Counted from the stretch's first letter, positions 26,129-39,719 are shown. The stretch: DNA of 64,000 nucleotides from Seison nebaliae (GCA_023231475.1 JALJEE010000715.1:62001-126000); one strand, 5' to 3'. The notes: generated by a model not told the origin, from the letters alone. Translations and numbers: made by a program.

Positions 26129-29100
26129 ATGTTGATTCTATTCAAATATATCACCTGCCTCCTTTTGGCATTCGTTAATCGATTCAATTCCTTCAATATC
26201 GATATTGATTATCCCATCATCATCAACAATGATGAGATGGAAAATGAATATTTCGGATATAGTTTCACAATTCATCAAGATTCGGTTAAACGGAGTGATC
26301 ATTTAATTCATAATAATTCCGCTCATTATCATTCGAAAGAACATCTGTATATCGGTGCGCCGTTTGATCGGAGAACGTCAGATGAATTGGGTTCCCTCCG
26401 AATATGTTCCTTAAATTTCAATGATTTAAGAAGGAATTTTACCGATTGTCAACGATATTCAACGAAAGAATTATTTCCTAAAAAAAAGAAAACTATCAGT
26501 TTCCATGAAGCAATGACAGGAATGACCATGACATCGAATAAATTTGGGGATGAAGTTTTCGTTTGTGCACCACAAATTGTGGAGAAAGGACCAAATTATT
26601 ATTATCATGTTGGCGATTGTTCTCGAGTCGGTTACGAAGGAAAAGACGAATTTAATTTTCAAAATGATCGATGGTGTTCAATGAATCTACCGAATCTCCA
26701 ATTCAAAAATCAATTAATGTGTGGATTCTCTGCTTCATTCGACAATGACAATAGTGCGCTCCTTCTCGGATTGCCAGGTCTAGCTAAGAATGGTGGTGGT
26801 TTGAATTATTTCCCGATTGACGGCTCAATGGGAACGAGTACAGATTTGAAAGCATCGAAATTAATGCAAGGAAGTTTGATGGGATATTCTTCATCATTTG
26901 GATCATTCATTTCAAAAACGAATTACTTTGATGAGAAATTCTGTTCAAAAAAAGACGAGAATCGAATGATAATTATTAACGAGAAATTATTTCAAGAAAG
27001 AAATCCATTCAAATCAAATATGGTCGTTGGTGCTCCACGTTTCCATAATTGTAAAGGAGGATTAATTTTCTTGAAACAAGACAAGATCTATAATCAGAAT
27101 TTTCCCATTTTCGCCATCATCGGTCAACACACGACAAGTGGATTCGGTTATTCCGTCATCACATCCGATTTCAATAATGATCATTTTAATGAAATCGTCG
27201 TATCGTCACCATATCAATGTAATCGAATTGACAATTCGTCAATCGAAGGAAATTGTTTAGGAGCCGTTTACATTTTTACGACACGATTCGGTATCGGTAA
27301 TTGTTGGACTTCTCTGAAATTGACGAATGATAAACAATCAGAATTTGACGATAATTTTAATGGTGGTTTCGGTATATCCGTTGCTTCTCCTGGTGATATT
27401 ACCGGAGATAATTTACCAGAATTAATCGTGGGCTCACCATGGGAGGATGATGGAAATGGTGCAATTTATGTGTATAATGGTGTGTCATTAAGTGAGTCAG
27501 TGTTTGGATTGAGATCGACATTCTCTCAAAGAATTGTTGGTCGTCAATCGTCAGATGTGATGAAAAGGTCGTTATTGGGATTAGGTTTCTATTTAGATCA
27601 TCAAACGTTATCGAAACGTTCTCATTTGGACACCGGTTTCGATATCGACAATAACGGAGTGAATGACGTGATGGTCGGATCGATATTATCGGATAAAATT
27701 GTAATATATCGATCACTTCCAATCATTCGATTATATGTTGATTTAATTAATGAGAAATCATTTCAAAATTTAAATTTATCATCATTCGAATGTCTGAAAG
27801 AAAATAACGAGGAAAATATGTCCGGTCGTACTTGTATCGAATTTTATTTATGTTTCACTCATCGACCAGCAACTAAACATTATAAGGCGTCATATATTAT
27901 TGATTATAATTTGAAATTATACGACATTCTCACATCCTCAACATTATTATCATCAGAAACGGAAAATAAACGGAAAATTCTATCTCGTCGTTTAAGATTC
28001 GATCAGAATATCAGTTTAAGTAACGACGTTAATCGCACCACATCATTCGCTAATGATCAATCGAAAGTTTGTACTCCTCATGAAATTTTTTTGAATTTGG
28101 GAACAACAGATTTCTTATCACCATTTCAATTAGATTTGAAAGTTAATCAATTTCCTCCATACGATAAACCAAAAGCAGATGATCATCTCAATAATCGTCA
28201 CGTCAATTTGAGTGATTATCCGATTTATGATACGTCGAAAACAGACAATTCATATACCATCAAATTCGATAATGATTGTGGTGCTGATGATATTTGTATG
28301 AGTGAATTGAAAGTTCAATCGAAATTAGAAGATTTGGATGAGATAAAATTAACTTATACTCATGAGAATATTACAAAGTTTCCATATATCAATATCAATG
28401 AAAGGAAACGATTCAAATTGAGCACATTAATCAATAACGGAAAAGATGGTGAATCAGCTCACGCAGTTGAGTTGGAAATAAAAATTCCAATATTTGTCCA
28501 TTTTGAAACATACGAAATTTTAAGTTGTTCCGAACCGTCGGAAGAAAATAATTATAAATGTTTCCAACAACTCTTCAATGATGATGGAAATGATGATGAT
28601 TCATCAAAATTTAATGGTACCGAATCGTCGAACGGAAATGACGAAGAGAGTCATAAGAACTATCAAAAAATTGTTTGTCGATTGACGAATGCTCGTTACA
28701 CTCAACCATTCCGTAGTGGTAAGACATGTGTCATTCAACTAACATTTGTTGCTTCGCCGAATCTGGTGAATATTCCCGAATTGATGACGATGGAAGATAT
28801 CGAGAATGAAGAAGTTTTTATGAATTCTTTCAATATCTCCGTTCAATTGAAAACGGTTAGTCAAAATGTGGATTGGGCTAAATTGAATGAATCTCTCCGA
28901 ATATATTTAATCAATATTATCGATCTCACCGTTTCTGGTGCTTCCAAACCGGAACAAATGTCATTCTCTTTAAACTCCCTCATCTTTCCCAATGACACAT
29001 CTCAATCATATAATGGTGATGAAGTATTCGGACCGGAATTGAGTCATATCTATCAAATAAGAACTAGTACGTCGTCTGATATTAATTCGTTAAAATTTAC

Positions 29101-30282
29101 CATCAATTGGCCACACGAAACGGATGAACCGATTTATGCTGAAAATGGTCGTCATCTTTTATATCCATTATCCATAAGTGCTGTTAGTGTTGTCAATTAG
29201 AAGATTCGAATATTTTCCTTTCTAGTATCATATATCGAATGAAAAACGAAATCGGATTTCCTGCAATTTTCCTGAACATTTCATCAATCCTCGAGATTTA
29301 AATGTTTTTTTTTAATTTTTTTCATTTTCCTAATAATTTCCTTTTTAGACAAATGATCATTCTTCAAATCTTAATAAACTGTTTGAAGAGATACCAGTGA
29401 AATCAACGAAACATCGTCGAAGTCATCGATATCGTCGTGATACGGATCGTGTTAGGAGATATTTAAATTTTTAAAAATTTAAATTCGATTTTTTAGGAAG
29501 ACGAAGAAATGGAAAGGAAGAATATGGTTCAAAATTATTTGTATCAACAACAACGTTATACTCGATTTCGAACAACGATAAAATCGCTTTTCGACATTTT
29601 CAAACAAACCATCACTACTGGTTCGTATTATGATAATAAGATTTTGAAATTTCAATGTGCCAATACTACGACGAAGAATGTGAGTTTAGAGGATAAAACT
29701 GAATATCGTTTCGCTCGTTGCTTCCAAATCGAATGTTCCCATTCCAAATTAGAAAAGAATGATTATATTGTTGTTATTGTTCATTCGCGTCTGTGGAATA
29801 TGACGTTGAAAGAATATTATGCACATTATGAGAACATTATCGTACAATCATCGATCAATGTTGATTCGGACGATATTTTTGATGATGAACAATTAGTGAG
29901 ACAATCACAGAGACTTTATTTGAAGAATATGATAAGTTACGAATCGAATAAGAATAATAATTATCAAACAATTTCAACTTCAATTCATCGAGAAATGAAC
30001 AAAGATATGGAACGAACAAATGTTCCTGATTATCTATTGATTTGTATCGCTGTCTGTATATTGATCGGTCTGATGTTACTCTCATTAATTATCGTTTTCT
30101 GTTGGTCGTTGGGTTTCTTCCATCGTCGAAAGAGGAAGATCGAAAATCATTTGGAGAAGACTAGGATGGATGTCAATGACGGAAATCAATTAATGTTATC
30201 GGAAAATACGTCTATCGTGAAAATGAATATTGAAGATGACACGGATTCAGCTGATGAAATCATCGATATGACAAAAAGATAA
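26129..30282 (+). CDS. Integrin alpha subunit (no I-domain); introns 29183-29225, 29304-29348, 29451-29496
   Basis: FNIDI mature N-terminus, YFGYS, IGAP, VGAPR, DFNNDHFNE, GDITGDNLPE, DIDNNGVND FG-GAP/Ca loops, DCGADDIC, HRYRRD furin-type site in exon 3, TM then WSLGFFHRR (GFFKR-like). Confidence 0.93.
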
Positions 30283-30691
30283 TTTCAAATTTTTTTCTTA
30301 TTCAACTAATTTGTGACACTTGGACAAAATGTGACAGTCTCTTCCATCCACTTCAAAAATTCTTCTTATCATTATTCTTATTTCTACCGATTCTTTCCGA
30401 ATGCTAAGAGCATTTGTCTATTTGTACAGAAATCAGCGATAGAAATGAAAAAATAATGAAGAATTTGATTGAATTGGGAGGCATCTGGTGGAGGAATTGA
30501 ATTAAAATTAACTTAAATTTTCCCCTTTCTCTCTCACAATCACCACAACAGTTTTATTATTGTCGTCATTCGTTTTACATCAAAACTTTCCATTTTATTT
30601 TCATGATGATTTTTTTATGAAACAAATAAAATTTGTGAAAACTTCTTTTCTTCCTGTTGAGAGAAGAAAAGGAAAACATAAAACATTGGAA

Positions 30692-31996
30692 TTAGAAGAA
30701 TTTTCGAGCGATAGCAGCAATAATTTTAGATGTTGCAACGACACCGCCTAAAGTACCACATAATCGAATGAGTAATCGAATAACAGGAATGCCATTCATC
30801 ACGTCAACTTTCACAAGTAATGGAGTGAGAGAATATTTTAGTTCGATACCTGAACTAAATGACGATTGATTAGAAGTTGATTTTTGAATATATTGATATG
30901 AATATTGGAATTCTTTGAAATTCATAGAATGGATTCCATAATAACTATCATAATTAGTATTCAATGGAACTATTTGTACAACGTAATGATGGAGAACATT
31001 CTCATTGGGAGTTTGTTGTTCAATACCATCCATTAATGAGAATGGTTGATCATCTAACAAATTAACTTGAGTGAATGACAAATGATCAATTCGATGTGAC
31101 CAATTCAATGGAGGTAAATTTGCATTAGCAGAACGGAATGAAACATGTGCATGATTTCCTAAGAAATTCATACTCTTCCCACTCATTATATGGAATTTGC
31201 CTTCCACTCGAGGAATGATTGCAGTACCATAAATACGACAAGAATCAGGTGGATGTTTGAGAACAAATTTCATTTTTTCTTCTTCACTTAATAAAGGAAA
31301 TGAGAATTTCTCTATAATTCTCTTATCAACTTCCTTCTTTTTCGGCATATCATTCATATCACCGAAAAGTAAAGAGGCCATATTAAAAATGGAAATTGCA
31401 CGTCCCCCAATACTCTTCGCACTCATTTCGATGATACGGACATGAGGTGAATTGACTTCTTTCGTCACATTCTTCAACAATGTCTCAATTCGTCTCTCAT
31501 GATTTATATGACGTCGTTTAAATTGTTGATGATGATTTTTATGGTAATTCTTCATAAATTCCACCGTTTCTCCTCGACGTTTTTCACGAATTCTCACATA
31601 TTTCTCTGGCAAATTCCACCACGTCTCCTCCTCAGCGAATATACCCAAACTCTCTAATGCACCTTGTGTCGTCTTATCCACGATATCAGCACCGATCATT
31701 GAACATGGTGTTTTCACCGTCAGATCGACATTAAATGCAATTCGCGAATCCAATTCAGCATCAACGTCATACGAATAATGGAGAGTTTTTGAGAAGAATA
31801 TTCTCAATTCAGAAAGTAACAAAACAACAATTATAATGGTAGTTATGATGGAGATTGTTGCACCCGAATTAGTTTGTTCGTCTCGCACTTCATTCTTCAA
31901 TTTGGCGAATGCATCAACTTTGCTCAATTTCTCCAGGAAATCTTCAGTTGATGGCAATTCGTTAGATTGGACGTGTCTTTTTCTCAATTCACTCAT
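30692..31996 (-). CDS. ERGIC2: ER-Golgi intermediate compartment protein 2 (Erv41-like), intronless
   Basis: KVDAFAK, SGATISI-TM, YDVD..FNVDLTVKTPCSMIGADIVD, PDSCRIYG, NWSHRIDHLSF, RLCGTLGGVVATS. Confidence 0.85.
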   Translation of the reverse strand: MSELRKRHVQSNELPSTEDFLEKLSKVDAFAKLKNEVRDEQTNSGATISIITTIIIVVLLLSELRIFFSKTLHYSYDVDAELDSRIAFNVDLTVKTPCSMIGADIVDKTTQGALESLGIFAEEETWWNLPEKYVRIREKRRGETVEFMKNYHKNHHQQFKRRHINHERRIETLLKNVTKEVNSPHVRIIEMSAKSIGGRAISIFNMASLLFGDMNDMPKKKEVDKRIIEKFSFPLLSEEEKMKFVLKHPPDSCRIYGTAIIPRVEGKFHIMSGKSMNFLGNHAHVSFRSANANLPPLNWSHRIDHLSFTQVNLLDDQPFSLMDGIEQQTPNENVLHHYVVQIVPLNTNYDSYYGIHSMNFKEFQYSYQYIQKSTSNQSSFSSGIELKYSLTPLLVKVDVMNGIPVIRLLIRLCGTLGGVVATSKIIAAIARKFF

Positions 31997-32408
31997 TCTA
32001 TTTAGAGATCAATAATTAAATTATTGAAAAGTCAATTATTTATGGTGAGGAAATTTGGCTTATTCTTCTAGTTATTTCGTAATAGGAAAGAGAAGAAAAA
32101 CAAAAATGAAAAAAATTTACAAATTTCCCTTCGTTTTATTAGACATAAGAGAGAATATTTTGAGAAAACATATATATATATATATAATTATATATGTAAA
32201 TTTATCTGCAATTCACATTTACTTATCATTTGTCGATTTGAAACATTTCCTCCTTAATTACACGACGATGAAAATTGGAGAATTGAAAGAACATAAAAAT
32301 TCTTCTTCTCATTTACTAGTCGAGCGGATAGATTTCTCATTTTGCTTTCTTTAGAATTGGGAGAGAAATTAAAAAAAAATCGATAATTCTAGTTGAAAGA
32401 AATCGATA

Positions 32409-33296
32409 ATGAATCGATATGAGAAATTGGATCTAATCGGACAAGGCACTTATGGAATTGTCTACAAAGCGAAATGTCGAGAAAGTGAAACAGTCGTCGC
32501 TTTGAAGCGTGTGTGGTTGGAGGATGAAGATGATGGAATTCCATCATCTGCTTTACGAGAGATTTGTCTCTTGAAAGAATTACATCATACAAATATCGTT
32601 CGATTATATGACGTACTTCATGCCGATAAGAAATTGACTTTAGTTTTTGAATATTGTGATCAAGATCTGAAGAAATATTTCGATACTCATACGGAAATCA
32701 GTCCCACTACCGTCCAATCACTCAGTTATCAATTATTACTCGGATTAGCTTTCTGTCATTCGAAGAACATTCTTCATCGTGATCTCAAACCACAAAATCT
32801 CCTTCTCAACAATAACGGAGTGTTGAAATTAGCTGATTTCGGATTGGCTCGAGCATTTGGCATTCCCGTCAAATGTTATTCATCCGAAGTCGTCACTTTA
32901 TGGTATCGACCACCTGAAGTATTATTCGGAGCTAAAATTTATACGACCTCAATCGATATTTGGTCGGTTGGTTGTATATTTGCCGAATTGTCGAATAATG
33001 GTAAACCGTTATTCCCCGGACAAGATACACAAGATCAATTGAAACGAATTGTCCGTTTACTCGGCTATCCGTCCAAAGACGATTGGCCAGAAATGTACAA
33101 ATTACCCGAATATACTACCATCTCTGTACAAGCTGCACCGACAACTTCTAAATTAGCTGCCGCTGTTCCTCGATTACAAGGGAATGGAAGAGAATTATTA
33201 GAGAATATGTTGATCTGTAATCCAAATAAAAGATATTCAGCTGACGAATGTTTAAATCATCAATATTTCGCTCCGTTACACATTCAGAAAGATTAG
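32409..33296 (+). CDS. CDK5: Cyclin-dependent kinase 5, intronless
   Basis: GQGTYG, diagnostic [54 protein letters not shown]. Confidence 0.97.
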   Translation: MNRYEKLDLIGQGTYGIVYKAKCRESETVVALKRVWLEDEDDGIPSSALREICLLKELHHTNIVRLYDVLHADKKLTLVFEYCDQDLKKYFDTHTEISPTTVQSLSYQLLLGLAFCHSKNILHRDLKPQNLLLNNNGVLKLADFGLARAFGIPVKCYSSEVVTLWYRPPEVLFGAKIYTTSIDIWSVGCIFAELSNNGKPLFPGQDTQDQLKRIVRLLGYPSKDDWPEMYKLPEYTTISVQAAPTTSKLAAAVPRLQGNGRELLENMLICNPNKRYSADECLNHQYFAPLHIQKD

Positions 33297-33461
33297 AGAT
33301 CGATCAAGTTTTAAAGTTCATCTATAGTTAATGAAAATTGCAAAGACATTTTTCCTTTCTCTTTTTTCTTTCTAAATAATTTTCATTGAATTAAATAAAA
33401 TCGAGAGAATTTTATAAATTTTGCGTATTGTTATAAATTTGAATTGATCGGAACTTTTATT

Positions 33462-34422
33462 ATGAATATCAATCTCTTACCATTACTCCTCTTAATCGCT
33501 CGTTCTTGTTGCGAACATACAACGGAACCGTGTTTCTTGGTCAATAATAAATTGGGAGTGTTGAAATTAGATCGGAATATCATCGATCCCGATATCTTCC
33601 GAATACACGTTCCATTTCAATTAATCATTCTAATTGAATTATTCTCTCGATTGACAGGTACATCGGACGAGCGATGGAGTTGATTTTGAGACATTCGAAG
33701 TCTTCCCAACCAATAAACGGACGCCATATATTCAATATTTAATCGCCACTTCCGAAATAACAGTTCAAATGACAAAAAAGACATTGTCTCATCTCACCGT
33801 CAAATATAATCATAATACGACGGTACTTTATGTTTTCTTCGTCTTTCATGAATATAGTTCGATTTCACTTTTAAAATTTTTTTAAAAAAATTTAAAAATT
33901 TTTCTCTATAATAATTTCATAGATGGATTCAATGTGAAGATTGCTTATACGCATAAAGAGAAGAGTATTTACATTCAATCAACTTATCTCATCGCCGCCA
34001 TTCCAACGAATGAAGCTTATAATAAAATTTTAACTTACACATGCTACGACGATGATAATCCTCAAGCATTGCCATATATTAAACGAGTTCTCGATATCGA
34101 CGAACAAGAAACGGGCTATAAACATGAAGGTGAATTCCGATTGAAAACGAACAATTTTACAAGAATTTCTTGTGGACCCATTTTCTCGAGAACGGTACAC
34201 AATCCAACCGAATTCGAAATACCGAAAGGTGAACGAATCTATTCGACTTGTCATATCGAACATGGAGAACCGTTTTGTACTCCAAGTTCCATCGACAAAT
34301 TAATTTTCACGAAACAAATGGAATTGAACGGAGTGACAATCGGATTCATGTTTTTATTATTCTGTACTCTTCTTCTTCTATGTACGTTTTTATGGTTTTG
34401 TAAATTTCGAATTAAATATTAA
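33462..34422 (+). CDS. Uncharacterised type I membrane protein; introns 33609-33657, 33857-33922
   Basis: Signal peptide MNINLLPLLLLIARSCC, in-frame middle exon 33658-33856, C-terminal TM GVTIGFMFLLFCTLLLLCTFLWF and short basic tail KFRIKY*. Confidence 0.72.
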
Positions 34423-34462
34423 ATCTCTTAAATAAATCAAGTCGAGAATGATATTCAAGTAT

Positions 34463-35617
34463 TCAAGAGTTTTTATGGATGTTTATCAAATCATCCATTA
34501 ACGGCCATTGAATTTTACATCTTAATGACTCTCCATCATGCTGGTCACATAACGCTTCATATCGTCGATATCGATCGAGAAGCATCTTGTGCGAATGTTG
34601 GAGAGCTGTCCTCTTATCCAACAACTTCTGCCAATTAGGACATGTTCTTAATAATTTCATATTTTTTTGATGTTCCTTATGGAATTGAGTTGTTTTCAAT
34701 TCGTACCTGAAATTTTATTTTAATTTTTTTTTATAAAAATTCAAAATTGCAACCATTGAGGTAGTGGACCGCGTGTCTCTTCCAATCGTGCTTCTTGAGC
34801 TTTAGTCAAATAAAGTAATTCTTCTAAACGTAACTGTTCGAAACGAAGAACAGCCAAACGTTGTTCATTTTCCGATGGTGCAATTCTCTCGATGGCTCTT
34901 TGACGATTGAAAATTCCTTTCTGACTTCTGATGTCTAATAATGTCTGACGATATTCTTCATTGACTAATTCATCTTTATGTAATTTCTCAACTTCCTCTA
35001 ATTGAATGAATTGAATTTATTTTTAAATTATTATTATATTATTATTATATTAATAATTAATTGAAATGTATGAAGAACCTGGTGTGATTTGATTGTGTGC
35101 TAGATCGTGAACTTTCTTCAAAGTAAATAGAGGATATCGATTCTCTTTAAACTAATTGTGGGATGTTGTAGAATTAATTCTGGAAATGATTTAAACTGTT
35201 AATCGACCTCCAAAATGTGAGGCATCTAAATTAGTGGCATGTTTATATGATTGCTTTATCGCCTTCTTTAATACTTCCGCAGTTTCTGTACATACTTCTG
35301 CATCTTTCCCCATAATCAATCGATCAATCAATACTCCCATGTAACCTGCAGTTAAATAAACAGTCAGATAACTTTAAGAATTAGGGAGACCTTCTTTCCT
35401 TCTAATTGGCGCCACGAACGATTCATCTTTCCTCCCATTATCCTTTAGGAAAGGCTGTTCCAATCTCTCACCCAGATTTATATTGCGAAAAAGATGTGCT
35501 GGATAAGTCAACAGCTCGTCATCCGTTACATTGGGAATGTCAGCTGATCTTTATTTGTCCGTTAGAAAATTCTACAAAACAAAAATTGAACTTATTAAAT
35601 ATTTTATTTTGGAACAT
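34463..35617 (-). CDS. Uncharacterised protein; introns 35591-35549 (tentative), 35390-35346, 35196-35152, 35078-34998, 34753-34707
   Basis: Exons join in one frame, e.g. ..EQLRLEELLYLTKAQEARLEETRGPLPQW|YELKTTQFHKEH..; the 5' exon and start are less certain. Confidence 0.65.
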
Positions 35618-35734
35618 TTCCTCGGAGAAAATTAAAGAACGTTAAAAAATAAACAGAAAATTTTCGAATTTCTCTTATTTTGCGCCACTATCCAATCCAC
35701 AAATAGTAGTAGTCTTCCGAATCAATTTTAATCG

Positions 35735-36567
35735 ATGCCACGACAAACACAAGCGAAGGAAGGGCAAGTGAAGGAGAAGACTGCCGTTCCTGAAGTGGAG
35801 GAGGAGAGTAGTACGAAAAAATGGGGAAGATATAATCCGTTACCTGATGATTCTCCCATTCTCATTAGAATTGCGTCGAAGATCAAAAGTTTTCATGAAG
35901 TTCTCAATGAATCACAAAATCATTCCATTAAAAATAGCTCAGATGTTAAATCCTCAATATCAACCGAAGGATGATCAACATAGTTCTAGATATTCTGGTG
36001 GTAGTTTATGGAGAACTTCGGTAAGTAATTTTTACTCATTTTTATTTTCTAATTAAGTAATTTCTCTTGAATATTTTTAAAATTCACAAAAATTTTATTC
36101 ATGAGAATTAATCAGAAGATATGAATTTATATAAAATTGATTTTATTTTTTTATTCAATTTTTTTTAATAAAAAAAACATATTTGCAGAATAAAATGAGA
36201 GAAGAAACGAGAAGTATTGCTCAAGGTGGAAATATACAAAGTTTCTTGAGTGGACAACGTTCCAGCGATTTCCAAGTTAGTTAGCTTATCGTTTGTTCCG
36301 TAATTGGAACGATTAAAATATGATCGATAGATGTTTTGTCGTTTGGAAGCGCAGAAGAAGAGAGTGAAGGATCATGCTGATTCGGTGGCAGTTGATATTC
36401 CATTTGGTATAATGCAGGAATTGCGTAAAGATACGGAAGATATAATAGCGATCATAGCAGCCGAGTATATTAGACAGTTGGGCCAGAAAGATCAGTTAAC
36501 ACATGAGGCACTTCAATGTTATCAGGAAATAAACGCGCTGAATCAGATGACCGAATTCTATTTATAA
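35735..36567 (+). CDS. Uncharacterised protein; introns 35900-35942, 36021-36188, 36276-36330
   Basis: ORFs 35735-35974, 35847-36056 and 36331-36567 plus exon 36189-36275 join at phase-0 GT-AG introns. Confidence 0.68.
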
Positions 36568-37376
36568 GAACGATTCTGACCGGAATTTAATTAATGAGAA
36601 GGAGAAGGGAATGTTCATTTACCTTCAATCTCAATTCACCTTCAAACGTCAGTAGCGGCTAGCCATCCTCCGTACAGAAAGATTATTAGGCAGAACTTCT
36701 GACTTGTCCTTTTCTATCATCTAATTCTCATTTTCTTTCAAAAACAACATTACTAAACACACATGGATATATGCTCTCCCCTTTCCCATATTTTCCTGAT
36801 ATTTCCTTGATGTTTCCAAAAATAAATTTTCTTTTCAAATTTTACTGATTTCTAATGAGCATTCTTCTTCATTAACAACAAAATTAAAGAGAAATTCTTC
36901 AATTCTTCCAACGAATTATCATTCGATTGTCAACGTTTCTATAGTTACAGTTAATGAATTTCATCATCTCTCGACGAATATGGCAATTTGAATTGGAATG
37001 AATTATTCCGTTTAAATATCATTCACTTCTCTCATATCACTTCATATCAACCACAGACGGATATAAATCTGTGAGATTGTGTTAGGTCATCAATCATAAT
37101 TTGAGAGGAGATCGTTCGCTAATGACCGAATTCGTCATTAATCGCAATATATTTTTAGTGTTTTCCTCATCATTCTTCATTTAGATCTGTCTTTCCTTAA
37201 ACTAAAGGGAAAATAAAGGAATAATTCCTAAAAATAATAGAGGATACTTCAAAAACAATAATTATTGGTTGGTTGATTGATTCGGATACAAATCATCTAA
37301 TAAATCATTCGGTAGTAAATAAACTGATCACTCTTTCTTCCCAATTCAATTTTGAAAGAAGAAAACAATTTTACTA

Positions 37377-39719
37377 ATGGCAGTTGGTGGAGGAGTAATC
37401 GTATTTCTAGTACTATTTACATTATTCCTATTATGCGGTTGTTTGATCAATGTCAATTTGTTACGAAATAAGATCCAGCTCTATCGTCGAATCAAACGCT
37501 TACGAAGGGAATTGCGTTGTCGCCATAAAAGTTTCGAACATTTAAATTCCTCCCAACTCGAGAATCGAGAAGAGGCCATGAAGAATAAAGACATTTATTC
37601 GGCATTGCTCACTTTGGAATCCTCTCAAATCCGTTCAATGACTTCACTTACCATAAGTGTCGGAGTAAATTTGTCGTTGGGCAACTTATTCTCTTTTACA
37701 CATCTCCTACTCTTCATTATGACTTGTATAATGCAAGCGTGGGCACTCGGTTATTATTGTTGTTTAGTCACTGAACTTTTATATTATGCATCACGACTCG
37801 TCATCATCTGGTGTAATATCATCACACTCTACTACATTTATCATATCGCTCATTCAAACAACAACGACAACAACAACAATAATAATAATAATAATGTGGA
37901 ATTAAAAAAGAATTCGATAACATCATCACCATCAATTCAACAATTCCATTCGATCGTTGAAATGACAAGTGATAATCATTTAGTTGAGAATAAGTTACTA
38001 AAAGAGACATTACCAATCCTTCATCAACCGTCATGTCTCGAATGTATTCTTCCTCCGAATGTTTTTCGTAATTTTAATACAAGTCAATCCACCGACACTA
38101 CATCGACAATTCTCAATAATGTTCCAATTGAAGAGATTGTTTATGAACCGTCACCTTATGATATTAGTGATTATGAGCAGAATATGGACGACTATAAATG
38201 TCCATCTATTTTTCCGAACGAACGAACTTTGGAGAATGGAGAAAAATCTACTCGAAACATTTGGGAGACGATACGATACGGATATAAATGGCCCATCTGT
38301 ATCTTTCTCGTGTGGTTGGGCACGTTAATTTTCGTAGGAATTTTCCTTTTCCAACGAATCGTCATCGTTCTCGGTCATTCGAAACCGTACGTTAAATCAT
38401 GTGCAATTTCGTGGGGACGACCGATCGAACATCAACTTCGTCAACTTCTTATTAAATTACTTCCATCATTTACTGATCCGTCGACAATTAGTTTGGAGTC
38501 GTTAGGGAACACTTCACACAACGATCCATTAATTCATATTTACAATCGAATTATGAAAGAAATTCATGGAATGGAAAATATCGTCAATCTCATTCAACAG
38601 GAAATGATGAGAAAACAAATTTTTCTTTTCTCTTACGTTTTCATCGGATGGATCTTACCACTCGTCATCATATTTGGTCTCTTCATTAAAAATATTCGAT
38701 CGGGAATGGGAACAAAATTAGCTCCGAAAGAAATTAGGAAATCTATTCGAAGTTCTTTTATGAAAGAAACTCTAAATCAACCCGACGTCCTATCGGCCAA
38801 ATCACGAAAAGTTTTAGGCAATTTAACGAACAATATTCTCTTGACATATATGAATTCGACGGAGAGTAAAGATAATGCCAGTTCTGATTCATCATCACGA
38901 CGACCAGACATTTATATTAAACAACAACTCAAATTGAAACAGGATTCATTTAATCGTTTCAAAAAAGAGAAAACGATAAAAAAACCAAAATATCCATTCT
39001 CAACGAAAGAGAGTGAAACGAAGAAATTTTCATTAAATTTAATTTTAGCACTTTTCATTCTTTTCTTCCTCGTAGGAACAACACCGTTTTTTTGGACTTT
39101 ATGTTTCACTCAAAATCCGTCACTTATCACGTCCGATTATTCAGAATTACCGTTCTTTTATGGATATAATCGAAATTTCGATTCCACAAAATATCAATTT
39201 GGCAAATTCTATTTACTAATCAAAAGTTATTTAATTGATACTGGTCATATTATGGAAGTAAAACGAAATACAACGACAACATTTAATCCGAAAGAAGATA
39301 TCGATCGATATCTCGCTCGTTTCACCAGTACTAAATCTCCCGATATTACAAACAATTTAACTAATCATAATTATTTATATTCGAATCATTACGAATTATC
39401 GAATCATAGAAATTATCAACTCAAAATATTTAATGATCGTCAAAGAGAAGAAATGGGAAATTTTAATGAAAAAATAAAGAAAGAAAATGAAAAAATGCTG
39501 AGACGATATCGGAGATCGAATATGCAAATGCAAATTAATCAAATTGAGAAGAAACGTCATCAAATGATCAATGAAACATTTATGAAGATGTATGAACATA
39601 TGAAACATTTCCATCACAACGACGATATTCTTCAAAAACATTTATATCAGAGTCTCACCGTTGAATTATTCTTCTTCCTCTACTGTACATTCAATATAGC
39701 CATTTACTACGTCCTCTAA
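37377..39719 (+). CDS. Highly divergent rhodopsin-class (class A) 7TM receptor-like protein with expanded loops
   Basis: About seven hydrophobic segments; TM4 VWLG, loop CAISW, TM5 FIGWILPLVII, TM6 FFLVGTTPFF, TM7 CTFNIAIYY; the 3' end may have one more exon (see findings). Confidence 0.62.
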   Translation: MAVGGGVIVFLVLFTLFLLCGCLINVNLLRNKIQLYRRIKRLRRELRCRHKSFEHLNSSQLENREEAMKNKDIYSALLTLESSQIRSMTSLTISVGVNLSLGNLFSFTHLLLFIMTCIMQAWALGYYCCLVTELLYYASRLVIIWCNIITLYYIYHIAHSNNNDNNNNNNNNNVELKKNSITSSPSIQQFHSIVEMTSDNHLVENKLLKETLPILHQPSCLECILPPNVFRNFNTSQSTDTTSTILNNVPIEEIVYEPSPYDISDYEQNMDDYKCPSIFPNERTLENGEKSTRNIWETIRYGYKWPICIFLVWLGTLIFVGIFLFQRIVIVLGHSKPYVKSCAISWGRPIEHQLRQLLIKLLPSFTDPSTISLESLGNTSHNDPLIHIYNRIMKEIHGMENIVNLIQQEMMRKQIFLFSYVFIGWILPLVIIFGLFIKNIRSGMGTKLAPKEIRKSIRSSFMKETLNQPDVLSAKSRKVLGNLTNNILLTYMNSTESKDNASSDSSSRRPDIYIKQQLKLKQDSFNRFKKEKTIKKPKYPFSTKESETKKFSLNLILALFILFFLVGTTPFFWTLCFTQNPSLITSDYSELPFFYGYNRNFDSTKYQFGKFYLLIKSYLIDTGHIMEVKRNTTTTFNPKEDIDRYLARFTSTKSPDITNNLTNHNYLYSNHYELSNHRNYQLKIFNDRQREEMGNFNEKIKKENEKMLRRYRRSNMQMQINQIEKKRHQMINETFMKMYEHMKHFHHNDDILQKHLYQSLTVELFFFLYCTFNIAIYYVL

